A stretch of DNA of 63,982 nucleotides, counting the filler, from Thelocarpon superellum (Eukaryota), in the NCBI GenBank assembly GCA_026025795.1. It is 3 parts of 3 records of this genome, joined end to end, with 100 filler letters (N's around TTAATTAATTAA, not from the genome) between each part and the next. Parts side by side here need not be neighbours in the genome. Positions count along the whole stretch, not along the records: positions 1 to 21,672 come from JAPEUG010000307.1; positions 21,773 to 43,372 come from JAPEUG010000308.1; 1 more part is not named here. One strand, written 5' to 3'. The translations under genes were made by a program, and so were the position numbers. Within the stretch, counting starts at the first letter, position 1; each line of letters opens with the position of its first letter. The notes beneath the pieces were generated by a model. That model was not told the DNA's origin and ran no database searches. It saw only the letters and a list, made by a program, of their open reading frames with translations. Shown here piece after piece: positions 12,910 through 25,386 of this stretch.

Positions 12910-13680
12910 TTACAACCCGGCAACTGCCAAGGCGATGGCAAGACCACCGGCGGCCAACTGGGCGTTGCCCGTGATGTGGGGCATCCCACCGGTATGGACG
13001 GAAGACGACGCCGTTTGTCCCGTGGCGCTGCTGGCGGCGCCAGAGGAAGTGGTAGAAGTAGCTGGCGGCAAACCGCCCAGGTCCGTGCCGCTGGGGCCAA
13101 GGTCACTAGTGTCCGTGGGAGTGTGGCGTGTCAGGGCGACTGCTCTGCTACCGCTGACGATGGTGACCTTGACATAGTTGATTTCAGAGGGTTGGAAGGT
13201 GGTAACGAAGGCGCCCGGCGAATTCGCGCCAGATCCGCCATATGACTGCGAGCACACCGCCGCACCCGTGGGGCCATTCAAGGCGCAGTTGGCCACGGCG
13301 GTGCTAGGCAGACGTTAGCATTCGGCCTGGTCCTGGAGGCGGCGTGATTGGACCAACATTTCGGGATTGTTCATCGAGTATCGCACCGTCGAGGGCCCGA
13401 TGCCCACGGTGATGGGCGATGGAATCCCACAAGCATCCGAGTCCGTGCCGGGCGGGCATTCGATCGCGTAGCTCGTGACGCTGCCGGACTGCATTGATCG
13501 TCCGTCAGCAGGCGTGTCCCATGCGACGCTTCGAGATCTTAAACTCACGGTAGCAACAATGGCCGCTTGCAAGGGCTGGTTGTCCGTGTCCGGGAGGAAG
13601 ACAGATATCACTTCTTGGGCATGGGCGAAGGCGGAGACCAGGCTGAGCACGGTGAACATGGCGAGGGTGGGGCGAAACAT
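12910..13680 (-). CDS. Secreted, probably GPI-anchored cell-wall protein
   Basis: Signal peptide MFRPTLAMFTVLSLVSAFAHA; Cys-containing domain (YAIECPPGTDSDACG, NCALNG...VCSQS); S/T-rich stalk; hydrophobic tail AQLAAGGLAIALAVAGL. Two introns; TATATAA on the minus strand at about 13865-13871. Confidence 0.8.
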
Positions 13681-15215
13681 CTTGACTTGGACGTCGAGTT
13701 GGATGTGGAAGATGTCGGCGGGTGCGGCACAAACAATCAGCCGTCTATCTGGGGCTCACGTCGTGAAGCTACTCTGGAGGGAGCGCAAGTAATGGGGAAC
13801 TTGCGAGCACGAGATGAGGGTTATCAACATTAGAACGTATCAGGCGCGGGACGAGCGAAGAAGATTATATACACTGCCCTAGTTGCCTAACGCCTTCGCG
13901 GAGGACGGGCTTCGCGGGACGACCCGTCAACTGCGATGTTCATACATGTACGGTGGGTCTGTGCAAGGGTCACCGTCCGTGCCTATGGCACGGTACGCCA
14001 CCTACAGATGGGATTGAAAGGGGCGCTGCAAACTGCGGCATGACTAGGGCGAAAGCTTAAGCGATCTCGTGCGCGAACGCTGTTTTGGCTTTCGCGTGCC
14101 TGGTAGTTTGTGCTGACGGAGAGCAAGACGGCCGATAATGATGGGAGAGATCAAATGAGCGTAACGCGCGCGGTCAACGCGCCACTACCCGTAAACACTG
14201 AGTGGCTTGTCACGCTCCGCCTCTCTTGCAACTTTGGCTTTCGGCGTCGCGCAGCACACCCAAGTAGAGCGGCGACGTCCGGGTGAGGCGAGGGTGAGGG
14301 GGTCGTAGATATCTTTACGTTCTCTGACGCCTATGGATTGTATATCTACGGACGATTCGTCGATTCCCCTTCCCGATCTAGCGGGTGCGCCCCGCCGCCC
14401 TACGCTCGCGCGACCCGGGTGGCCCTCGCGCGACCCGGGGTGTGCCGGGTGGTGCCGGGGTGTGCCGTGCTGCGACGCGACCGGGCGATGCTACCTGGCA
14501 GGGATCGGTCCCATGTGGTATCGATCGAGGCATCCACTGTTGGCAGATGGATTTTCACTTGGACCCTGGCCCACGGGTCGGCAGTGCTGAAGCCACCGCC
14601 GTTGAAGCGCCTCGAGTAATTGGCTACCGGTGACGCTCTCCAGTCGGCCACATTTGTCGGGCTACAGACGGTCTCAGATGTGACGGTGTCGGTGTTCGGC
14701 GAATTTGATCACCGTCTTGAGATCAGCGATGCTAACCTCCACGGCATATGGAAGGGGGGCGATGGCATTCTTTTCTTCGCAGACGTTTTCTAGGCAGATT
14801 CCACCGGCTATCTATCGGGCACGCGTATATTCTTCTTCTGACGAGACACTGAGTCTGTCTATTTCCGACTTCGCCAACTGGAAGAAGGCGGAGCTAGAAA
14901 GCAATTTTCCCCGACGAACTACTTCTCCCCTGATGGCAAGTTGTTTGGAATCTAAGTTTGGAATGCAATGCATAACAGGGCGGATCCAAATGTTCATCTT
15001 CGACGATGCTTTTCCATCGGGACCACTTCACAAGAGCATGGTGGGAAGTTTGTAGATATGATCTCATAGCAGTCGGATCGAGCAACGCGTACGTGTAGAT
15101 AGCGGGGCAGAAAGCTGCCTAAACTTTTCCACACCGCTCGCTTCAAGTCACGACGCAAGAGCTCGCAAGACCTTGAACTCGAACTTCCAACATTCCACCA
15201 ACGCACCATGCCATC

Positions 15216-16142
15216 ATGAACATTATGGCAGACACACAAGATCCGAATGACTTGGCGACAGTCGACGCAAGCGCTCCAAAGAAGAAATTCTTCATCCCGT
15301 TGGGTACGCGTGAGGCGAACACTTCGTGGGGAAAGACCGAGACCGACATGGCGGCTGACTGGGATGCGGGGCAGAAAACAACCCGGATGTGATGAGCACT
15401 CTGGTCCACACGCTCGGACTGTCTCACACTCTCGCGTTTCACGACGTTTTCAGCATCGACGATCCCGATCTCCTCGCCTTTGTCCCTCGCCCCGCCTATG
15501 CCCTTCTCCTAGTCTTCCCCGTCAGCGAGACGTACGAAAAGTCGCGGGTGGACGAAGATGCTTCTATCCCGGTATACAAGGGTTCCGGCCCAGAAGAAAA
15601 AGTCATGTGGTTCAAGCAGACGATCGGGAACGCTTGCGGACTGTACGGCCTCCTCCACAGCGTGTCGAACGGCGAGGCCCGAGGCTTTGTGGGTACGTCG
15701 CATCGAGCGGTTGCAGGACGACGCCAAGTTCGTTCCTTGAACTGACACGTACTTCGCAGACCCATCCTCCTCCCTCGCCGAGCTCCTCACCTCCGCCATC
15801 CCGCTCGGCCCGGCTGAGCGCTCAGACCTGCTCTACAACTCCCCGGCGCTGGAATCCGCACACGCCGCGGCCGCCGTGAAGGGGGACACGGCAGCACCCG
15901 CCGCCGAGGCCGATGTCGAGCTGCACTACGTGTGCTTCGTGAAGTCGACGCACGACCAGCATCTATGGGAGCTAGACGGCCGACGCCACGGGCCGCTCGA
16001 CCGGGGCTATCTTGGCGACGAGGATGTGCTCAGCGAGTCGGCGCTGGCGCTCGGCGTGCGACGCTTCCTCAAGCGCGAAGAAGCGGCGGGCGGCGGCGAT
16101 CTGAGATTCAGTCTTGTCGTGTTGGCGCCGACACTGGAGTAG
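15216..16142 (+). CDS. Ubiquitin C-terminal hydrolase (peptidase C12, UCH-L3/Yuh1-like)
   Basis: FIPL|ENNPDVM, KQTIGNACGLYGLLH (catalytic Cys), LHYVCFV (His), WELDGRR (Asp), FSLVVLA end; two introns. Start is 15216 or 15225. Confidence 0.92.
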
Positions 16143-16777
16143 GGTGTCTCGTCGCTGCATCTGCCGCATCATCCCCGGCTCAATCTTTCCCTCGCCTCGT
16201 CTTCATGCATCCATCCTGGAGTCTGTCACGCCCATCAGCGCTGGGAAGGGGAGGCCAGGATTGTTTTTGGGTTGAGGGAGGCCAACCATGTCATCCCGGT
16301 CGCATGTCTAGGTAGATACGTGGCCTACGCTTTTCTGGGTAGATCTCGGAGATGTATATGGATACGCGTGGGATCAAGAGAATGCTGAAATGTTCACCAT
16401 CGTCTGCTAGTACCGCCGTGCGGCGTATGGTCCTTTGCGGGTTTTTCTCTACGTTCTTTGATTTTTCGTCCTCGTCCCGATCAGCCTTGGTGGCGATAAC
16501 GATGGTAACGATGACTGCGCCAAAAAAACGCCCCTACTCCCTCGCTATCTTTAAAATACAGAAACGAAAGAAGAGAAAAGAGAAACAGAGTAAAGACTGA
16601 GGAAATAAAGAATACGGAGAAAAGAGAAGAAAACACATTGCGAAGAATTTGCCCTCCGCCCCGCCTCCCTCCCGGTCACGGGCGACAGGACGCCCCACCG
16701 AGCCCACAAACCCCTCCCCTCCCCTCCCCCTCCTTCCCCACCGACTGCTCCCTCGGGATCATCAATCGCCGCTCCGA

Positions 16778-18469
16778 TCAATGACCCCGAGGATCCTCCG
16801 CCAAGACACCCCCCAACCGTACCCGGTACAGGCAGGTATGGGGGCTGTCCCCCCAGTTCTTCGCCACCCGAACGACGGCCTTAGAGACCGCCGCATCCAT
16901 CCGCTGCATATCCACAAAAAGCTCGTGCACTTGGACGTGCACGGCCCAGTGGATATTGTACTCCCACTCCGCGATGCGGACGAAAGTGGGAGGCAGCGAG
17001 ACGTCGGATGGCGAAGGCTGGGGCCCCAGCCGACTGCTCTTCTCCAGGACCAAGTCCCGGGCGGCCGGGTCCAAGACCTCGGCCCACAGTTCCAGCAGCC
17101 GGGGGGCGGAGTCGACCTCGAGGGTCGCCGTCGACGGGATGTGCTCGACCGTGATCTCCGTCGGCCACATCTTCCTCGGGAGGACGACGGCGAGCTGGGC
17201 CTTGCCCTCCGCCGAGGGGGTGCACCAACAATCGCCAATGTCGTTCCATCCCTCCAATGCGGCCGCCGGAGCGTTGGGTCGGCTCATCCCGCCGACGGGA
17301 AGCAGTCGGCTCACCATGCGCTGCACCATGGTCGACGGCACCTGCGCCGTCGGCGACGTCAGGTATGGGTCGATGGCCGCGCCAAGGCCGAGGGAGAAGA
17401 AGTTCACGCGCCGGTAGTAGTAGTCGTGGTTGAGCTTCGAGCTGGCCTGGATCGCCGCCTCGATCTCGTTCGAGTGCGTCTTCACTTGCGTCTCCAGCTT
17501 CGCAAGTTTCTTCTCCACCGCCCAGGTTCGCGTCTGGGTGTCGTCGGCCCGGTACTTGGCGAAGTTCTGCTCGACAAACGTGAGACGCCGGTCGAATGCC
17601 TGTTCGATGGTGGCCGGAAGGCCCGAAATATACGTGGAGGTACCGTTGAGCGACGTGGGATCGGCGTGCAGGTCCGAGATGACCATCATGGTTGCGGAGT
17701 AGACGGCGACGACGAGGACTAGGACGAGAAGGATGCGGGGAACGTGATAAGTGATGTTATTCCACACCTGGCTGAGCCAGGATACAGGGTAATAGACGGG
17801 GATGTTTGGCGTCTGCTCCGTGGCATGCGGCAGATTCTCGGGAGTAGGCTCGGCAAAACGCGTCGGCGCGCGCTGGACGGGGGTGTTCGAAAGGATGGGA
17901 GAGGTGATGGAAGGAGAAGGGGCGCGGTCGCTGTACTGGTCGAGCATATCATCATACTCATTCATGAGGGCCTGGTGGCGTGAGATGGGGCGTGTCGTCT
18001 CGCCGACCGTGCCGAAGAGGCCGCTCTCGCCGCCAAAGCTCATGCTGACATCGAGCTGGGCGCCGCGACCAGCGCGGGTTGAGCGTTGGGAAGGAGTCTG
18101 GCGGGTTTGCCGTGGCGGGGCCATCTGGACCGGGGACAGAGATGGTGACTTGCTGGCGCGGCTGCGGGTGTTGTGGCTAATGGGCACATACTCGGGTGCG
18201 CTGCCCATGAGATTTCCGACCGAGTCTTTCATCTCAGCCGACTCGAGGTTGTCGGGCACGAGAGGTTTCGCGGTGCCATAGGCGAAGTTGTGCTGGGTGA
18301 CGATGGAGGGAAGTTCGTCCTTGCCTCCCTTGGTTCCTTTGCCCTTGTCAGAGCGGTTGGAACGGGTGGATCGTGCAGTTTGGCGACGACCGCTGGTCGT
18401 TCCACCAGAATCGTTGGAAGCCTCGCTGAGGGCGGCGCTCATGGCGCGGGTGACGCGTTGGGTGAACAT
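16778..18469 (-). CDS. SUN-domain (Sad1/UNC-84-like) nuclear-envelope protein
   Basis: S/R-rich N-terminus, single TM (ILLVLVLVVAVYSATMMVI), coiled coil, then SUN motifs VNFFSLGLGAAIDPYLTSPT, WNDIGDCWC, ITVEHIP, SAPRLLELW, NWGDSPHTCLYRVRL. First in-frame ATG at 18469. Confidence 0.88.
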   Translation of the reverse strand: MFTQRVTRAMSAALSEASNDSGGTTSGRRQTARSTRSNRSDKGKGTKGGKDELPSIVTQHNFAYGTAKPLVPDNLESAEMKDSVGNLMGSAPEYVPISHNTRSRASKSPSLSPVQMAPPRQTRQTPSQRSTRAGRGAQLDVSMSFGGESGLFGTVGETTRPISRHQALMNEYDDMLDQYSDRAPSPSITSPILSNTPVQRAPTRFAEPTPENLPHATEQTPNIPVYYPVSWLSQVWNNITYHVPRILLVLVLVVAVYSATMMVISDLHADPTSLNGTSTYISGLPATIEQAFDRRLTFVEQNFAKYRADDTQTRTWAVEKKLAKLETQVKTHSNEIEAAIQASSKLNHDYYYRRVNFFSLGLGAAIDPYLTSPTAQVPSTMVQRMVSRLLPVGGMSRPNAPAAALEGWNDIGDCWCTPSAEGKAQLAVVLPRKMWPTEITVEHIPSTATLEVDSAPRLLELWAEVLDPAARDLVLEKSSRLGPQPSPSDVSLPPTFVRIAEWEYNIHWAVHVQVHELFVDMQRMDAAVSKAVVRVAKNWGDSPHTCLYRVRLGGVLAEDPRGH

Positions 18470-18470
18470 G

Positions 18471-18623
18471 GTTGGTTTTGACGGTTTTGACGGTCTTGAT
18501 GGTTTGGAGAGTCTTGATGGTCTCGATGGTCTCGATGGTCTCGATGGTCTCGATGGCTTTGACGGTCTTGACGGTCTTGACGGCACTGACGGTCTTGACG
18601 GCACTGACGGTCTTGACGGTCTC
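18471..18623. repeat. 9-bp minisatellite (GAYGGTCTY), about 17 units
   Basis: Tandem GATGGTCTC/GACGGTCTT/GACGGCACT units directly abutting the SUN-gene ATG. Confidence 0.9.
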
Positions 18624-19618
18624 GGTGAGGTGGAGACGAAAGATTTGGTGGGAGAAGTGGAGAGTTGATGGGAGATATGATGCCAGTGGTCTGGGAAAAG
18701 AGCAGTGGTCTGAAGGTGGAAGAAGGAGAAAGCATCCTCGGTGTGGACGTGGCTATTTGTGTGCGTCGAGTGGGCGACGGTCTTTGTTGTCAATACCGAT
18801 TTACCCAAGTCGGAAGTGACAATGGAGCCTGAATTGAATCGATCAGCCCCACCGAACGTGTCACTGCTTCCCAAAGCGTTGAGATCCTGTAATCGAGCGA
18901 CCGGGATTCGGTCGAGTGTTGCCGAGGTCCCCCAGTGAATGTATCGGTGGCTTCCAAGGTCGTGATCCTAAAGTGATGGTGGTGTGAGTTTGCGTCCGAG
19001 GCCACAGACGCGCCCACGCGCCGCGTCGGCAGCTAACAAGTAGCGGCGCGCCATCCGACAGGGGAGTTCTCCACAATCGCTGGCCTTCCCCTCTAATACT
19101 GTACCTGGCTCGGGCATGCGACGTTGATGCTGAGAAGATGGTATTGGGACCTTTCTCCCTCTGTTTTGTGGCTTACCAGGTCACACCGCTCTCGTTGGCC
19201 AATACGCAGATTAGTCTGATTCGTGCGTGAGCTCCAGCGTGGTGATGACTTGCGTGTCCTAAGCGCTTGTGTCATTCGCCGACCGTGTCTGTCCCTCGCA
19301 TAGCCGTAAGGCCGAGGCTCTTATTGGCCAAAGCTCAACGGTCACTGCGAAACAGCACGGACCACGGAGAAATGCCGTGCCTTACATGCCCCACTATACC
19401 TGGCCGGGTGAATGGATAATGACGGCAAAACCGGACGTTTTCTCCTTGCCTCAGCTCACAATTTTCGCCCAAGATTTCCTCACTTGGCCCTACAACTTTT
19501 CCTACGCCAAAGGGTAGCCTTTCCTCTCTCTCACCCGTCGCTCGCTCTGCGTCCGACACGCTCCTCAATCTTTCCACAGACACCCACGCAGTAACGGACT
19601 TGTCGACTCGGAGTGAAC

Positions 19619-20911
<1,293 letters not shown>

Positions 20912-21360
20912 ACAGGGCGAGGAAGAGGAGAGAGAGAGAGAGAGGGAGAGCGAGCGTGTGTGTGTGGAGACAGGGATGGAGCAGCATCATTTATGAGAAA
21001 ACAATCATCGTCAGTGCTACATCGTTGCATGGTCACCATAGTGTGAGATTTACCACCATATTGCATCCAGATCACGCCGGTACTATTTCATTCTCGGCTC
21101 CGCAGCAGAACAAAGGACGTCGCCTTGAATAGCACTATCGTTGAGTTTGGTAGACGTCATGATGCGAGGCTGTCACGAAATTTCAGCTTCATCCGTACAT
21201 TCCCTGCCCTTCCCTTCCCGCTGCCGTGCAACCCGCCGCGCGAACCATCGCGCAGTATGTTTTCAGCCTCATCGCGCATCCATGACGCCGCGGAGTGAGT
21301 GGACCGATAATCTCTGAGCCATCCAAGGAGCCGTGCCAGCCGCTCGCCTTCTACAGCTCC

Positions 21361-21672
21361 TCAGTCCGAGCTTTGCACCTTGTGATCGCCCTGAACAGCC
21401 TGTTCGTAGCTGGGTGGAATTTCGGATCCCTGCGCCTGCGACGAAGAGCCAGCCTGTGCGTCCGACGACTGTCCCGCCACCGGCTGTGGCATGGTACCGT
21501 ATCCCTGGACCGGCTGCGGCTCACGCTGCCGGCTCCGGCGCACGCCTCGCGTGTCAATGTAGTAATAGGTGACATGTGCGGCACGGTTGGGGTCTTCCTC
21601 GTCGATAAGGCCGTATTCGAGGGGCTCCGGATACTTGGCGATGATGTACCAGGCATGGAGAAGACCTGGGAG
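21361..21672 (-). CDS. Pmp3/UPF0057 (Sna3-like/RCI) small membrane protein, 3' part only
   Basis: Frame reads LPGLLHAWYIIAKYPEP...PPSYEQAVQGDHKVQSSD*. PGLLHAWYII is typical of the second Pmp3 helix and PPSY is a PY motif. The 5' end is lost in the gap. Confidence 0.75.
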   Translation of the reverse strand, partial: LPGLLHAWYIIAKYPEPLEYGLIDEEDPNRAAHVTYYYIDTRGVRRSRQREPQPVQGYGTMPQPVAGQSSDAQAGSSSQAQGSEIPPSYEQAVQGDHKVQSSD

Positions 21673-21772
21673 NNNNNNNNNNNNNNNNNNNNNNNNNNNN
21701 NNNNNNNNNNNNNNNNTTAATTAATTAANNNNNNNNNNNNNNNNNNNNNNNNNNNNNNNNNNNNNNNNNNNN
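21673..21772. other. Artificial contig-join spacer
   Basis: N run, TTAATTAATTAA (stops in all six frames), N run; 100 nt in total. Confidence 0.95.
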
Positions 21773-22337
21773 TCTCGTACTTTTATGGGTTGGGGCTACT
21801 GGGATGCTGGGATGCCGGAATGTCGGGATGCTGGGAACGGGCTGGGATCTGCGCGAGCACTCACACTTTCCTTCCCCCACCCCGCTGGGGATCTTTCTCA
21901 TGCCATGGACGATCGGGTTGGTCGGCGCTGCAGGTCCACCGCCTCTGATTTCCGTCCTCGTGAAAGCGCGGGCCCCCATCTGTTTGTACCGTGGGTCTCT
22001 CTGCTGGCGTCCGTTCGTGCCGGGATCTGATCTGATGGCCGTACCTCTTTCTGTCCCCTTTCTCGCTCTTCTCCCGTCTGTAAGATGCTGTGAGAAGGTG
22101 GCACCAGAGCTGGCAAATCTTCCAAAAGTTGTTCCGTTCTCTTCTTTCTTCCACTGCTACTACTACTTCTCTTCCGTTGTCCCTTTTCTTTGTCTTTCTC
22201 TGTCTGTTTCCCTTTCTCCAGCCTCTTGTCTCCTCTTGTCTCTCAGCTGCAACTTCTACCTGTATCTGACCGGCGGTCTTTCCGGCTTTTCGAGGACGCT
22301 CTGCATATGAGAGAGAGGAGAGAGGATAGAAAAGTGT

Positions 22338-22619
22338 CTATCTCAGAGTTCGCACAGGGAAGTCCGTGAACGTAGATCCAATGGTGCTGGGGGCGGCTCC
22401 CCCGTTACCCCCAACGCTACTGCCTCCGTTGTCTCCGCCTGCCCATAGGGATGTCGGGGTGCCTCCATAGCTGCAATTGACGTTGTGGTTGGTGGAGGCC
22501 GCCAGCTGCGGGTTTCGTGCGAGGAGCCGGCCGGCGACGGCGATGGCCGAGGCGGCGTCTTGTTCATGTCCGGCGGGCGCTGCGCACGCCCCGAGGAGGA
22601 AGAGACCGAGTGCCAGCAT
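22338..22619 (-). CDS. Possible small secreted Gly-rich protein (3' structure uncertain)
   Basis: MLALGLFLLGACAAPA signal-like start, LLAR possible processing site, Gly-rich segment. Possible intron near 22355. Confidence 0.35.
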   Translation of the reverse strand: MLALGLFLLGACAAPAGHEQDAASAIAVAGRLLARNPQLAASTNHNVNCSYGGTPTSLWAGGDNGGSSVGGNGGAAPSTIGSTFTDFPVRTLR

Positions 22620-23153
22620 AGCCTGGCAAGAGAAGAGTGCCGATGGCGTGGTGAGCGAGAGTGGTGGTGGGGATGCTACGACGGTACAGGGGATGGACAC
22701 TGGTCGAGTGGTTGCCGCAGCGGCAGCAGCAGCAGCAGTGTCGGGAGTGAAAGTGAGCAGCGAATGAAGCAGGGTGACGGGCCAACATGCCTGGATCTAT
22801 CAATGCTTGTGCTCGTGGTGGTAGAAGCAATGTGGATGGATCGCATGAAACTGGAACGCATCATCGTCTATGTCTGGCTCGTTCTCGAAACCAAACACTG
22901 CCGCGAGATGGGCAGTGCATCGGCAGCTGAGCCCCGGGACCACACCTCAAAGCACCAGTTGATGCCAGATGTGTTACAGAGAAGATAGGTCATTGATTCG
23001 CTTCCAATTTACATGCCGGGGAATCAGAGGGTTCTGCCCTGACTCAATGTTCACAACTCAGTCGTTACGGAGTCGCCCCGATCCTCCGCGGCCAAGTTTA
23101 TGTAATTACGTATATCTCCTGTTGCAGCCAGGCCCGCTCCACCACGTGCACCC

Positions 23154-23801
23154 TCACGACTCCATTGCGTCGACCACAGCCTCGGCGGAATGCGGCCGAG
23201 AATCATTGGCCTGCGCCGTCGCTTTGTCCTGTGCCCCGGCGAGGGCGTCGACGATAGCTGGGTTGTGCCATGCGTGCCCACGCGTACCGGGTGTTCGCCA
23301 TTTCTCGTGATAAACGCACGGAATCTCCCGCACAAGATTGTACGACGCGAGCCTGATCGCGCTGGTGACCAGACGGACGTCGGCCTTCCAGTTCTGATCA
23401 AAGGCGGCGACAAAGTCGTAGTTGTTGGGGATGTGCGAAAGCGGACGGCATTGCCAGTTGCTTTCCCAAAGGCCCAGGCCGTGCATGTTATCCTGCAATC
23501 CGCCGCCGCATCGCCCCTCTTCTGCCGGCCAGTCGAGGGCCACCACTTCGTAATGGTCCTTCCCCTCGAAGAGACGCAGCCATTTGTCGCACGTCACTTC
23601 GGCTCGATTGCCGTCGTGGAGGATGTGCGGCGTGCTCGTGGCGTTAGTCTTGGTGTGGGTCAGTTTGTTCGCCCGGGCGCCGAGGATGGGGCGCCGCACG
23701 GAGGCCGGCGCCATTGGCCCGTGGATAGCGGTCGCGAGAGAGAGACATACGCTGACGACGGAGAGAATCGACGCGTACGTGTACGCATTCAAAGGCAGCA
23801 T
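23154..23801 (-). CDS. Secreted Cys-containing hypothetical protein
   Basis: Signal peptide (ASILSVVSVCLSLATA); core with four Cys, including RCGGGLQDNMHG and WQC; single-exon 215-aa ORF. Confidence 0.6.
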   Translation of the reverse strand: MLPLNAYTYASILSVVSVCLSLATAIHGPMAPASVRRPILGARANKLTHTKTNATSTPHILHDGNRAEVTCDKWLRLFEGKDHYEVVALDWPAEEGRCGGGLQDNMHGLGLWESNWQCRPLSHIPNNYDFVAAFDQNWKADVRLVTSAIRLASYNLVREIPCVYHEKWRTPGTRGHAWHNPAIVDALAGAQDKATAQANDSRPHSAEAVVDAMES

Positions 23802-24910
23802 CGTGAAGTGAGCGGTTGACGGTGCATCACCCCCGGGTACGGGCCCAAGGTGGAGAAGTGGGAGGAAAGAACAACTCCAACTTCAAGTTGTCTCTCCATG
23901 CGGCGACACAATCCCAATTGCAGGATCCACACGTGAAGCCAGCTTGGAAATGCCAATCTACCTCATCTTCGCGCGAGCCATATCCTGAGGGACGGGCGCC
24001 CGTCAACGGACTGCCTAAATCGGAAAGGATCTGAAGCAAGTCTTAAGCGACGGGGGAGGGCTCTACGGTAAGATACTGTCCGATGCCTGACAGGCGGCCT
24101 CCACGATATTCCAATGTGGGGCAGGTTATCTGGAGGGGCCCCAGGTAATGAGGGCACTGTTGTTGACAGATCAGCTTGTTGTTGTTCAAGGAGACACTAA
24201 GAGTAGCACTAGGGACGACTACCAGTAGCAAGTTGTACTGCGCTCGTATACCATTGCTGGGGTGCCAGTGCCTGCGCGTGTGCCTCATCAGCATCGCTGT
24301 CGAAGAATGGGCTTGTAACGCCTGCAACAACAATTGCATTGCAGATCTTCCATGTAGCTTACACCTCAGGATCTTACACAGGGGCTGACTCAGTCATTCA
24401 AACCATTGCAGGCATCGTGATTCCTGGTGATTACATGCATAGCTGAATTCGACTGAGAACGCGACCCAGCAGGGTCTCTGGCAGGGTAGGGCCTCAGTGG
24501 AACCTGACCAGCTGAGGATACCTGGCATGGCGTTAGCAAGCCCGATGGTCAGGCAGGGAAACACGCGTTTGGAAACAGGCTGCAGGCGATCATCGTCGTT
24601 GGATTCACGCATCGGTAAAGCCACAGTGACCGTCGCATGGACACGCTCTACATCGTGCGGTGGAATGGACAAATCGGTTGGACGTCCAGGGGAAAATACG
24701 CCGTGGCCAGGAATCACAATCACTATATTGCTGTATCTCAACGCTCGAGCACCCATTACGTTCCTATGTAGCCAATAGTCCCAGGCCCATACCCATGTCA
24801 ATATCCCTGCCTGACGTCCTTCCGTCATCCCGGCCTTCCGTCTCAGTGGTATCATGTCGTGTCTTTCAGCGGTCACGCAAGCAAAGGAGAGCGTAGAGGA
24901 GAGTGTACGG

Positions 24911-25020
24911 GAAAGAAAAAGAGAGAAAAAGAGAGAGGGAGAGAGAGAGAGAAAGAGAGAGGGAGAGAGAGAGAGAAAGAGAGAGGGAGAGAGAGGGGGG
25001 GAAAGAGAGAGAGAGAGAAG
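24911..25020. repeat. Polypurine GA-rich microsatellite
   Basis: About 110 nt of pure purine with repeated GAGAGGGAGAGAGAGAGAGAAAGA units. Confidence 0.9.
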
Positions 25021-25386
25021 AGGGGTGAAAAGAGATGGGTGTCAACCCGTGCCCACAAGGGGAAAGAGAGGATGAGAGAGCTCCCACATACAGAATTTGT
25101 ATGATCAGTTCGAAGAGGAAAGATGAGAGAGGAAAACAAGATATGAAAGATTACAAGAGCCGGAGATGATTCAAGCTCGTGCTCCTAGTTCGCTCCCACC
25201 TGTATCTGGTATCCTTAGAGCATGAGAGAGCGTGTGTACAAGCAGAGAGCCCCCCACGGACAGCAACGTAAATCATCGCTCGGAAAGACCGGACTGCGCC
25301 CAGGAATATGTACTCATGGTGGCGGACCACGGCGGATGGTCCGCCGCCGCGCACGGAGAGCATCATGGACCCGACCGGCCCATAGC

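Noticed and set aside
14028..14112. Hammerhead ribozyme
   Set aside because: A three-way junction is possible, but the CUGANGA / GAAA / UH core is absent.
21717..21728. TTAATTAATTAA as a piggyBac target site or biological palindrome
   Set aside because: It is embedded in N runs and identical at both gaps, so it is an assembly spacer.
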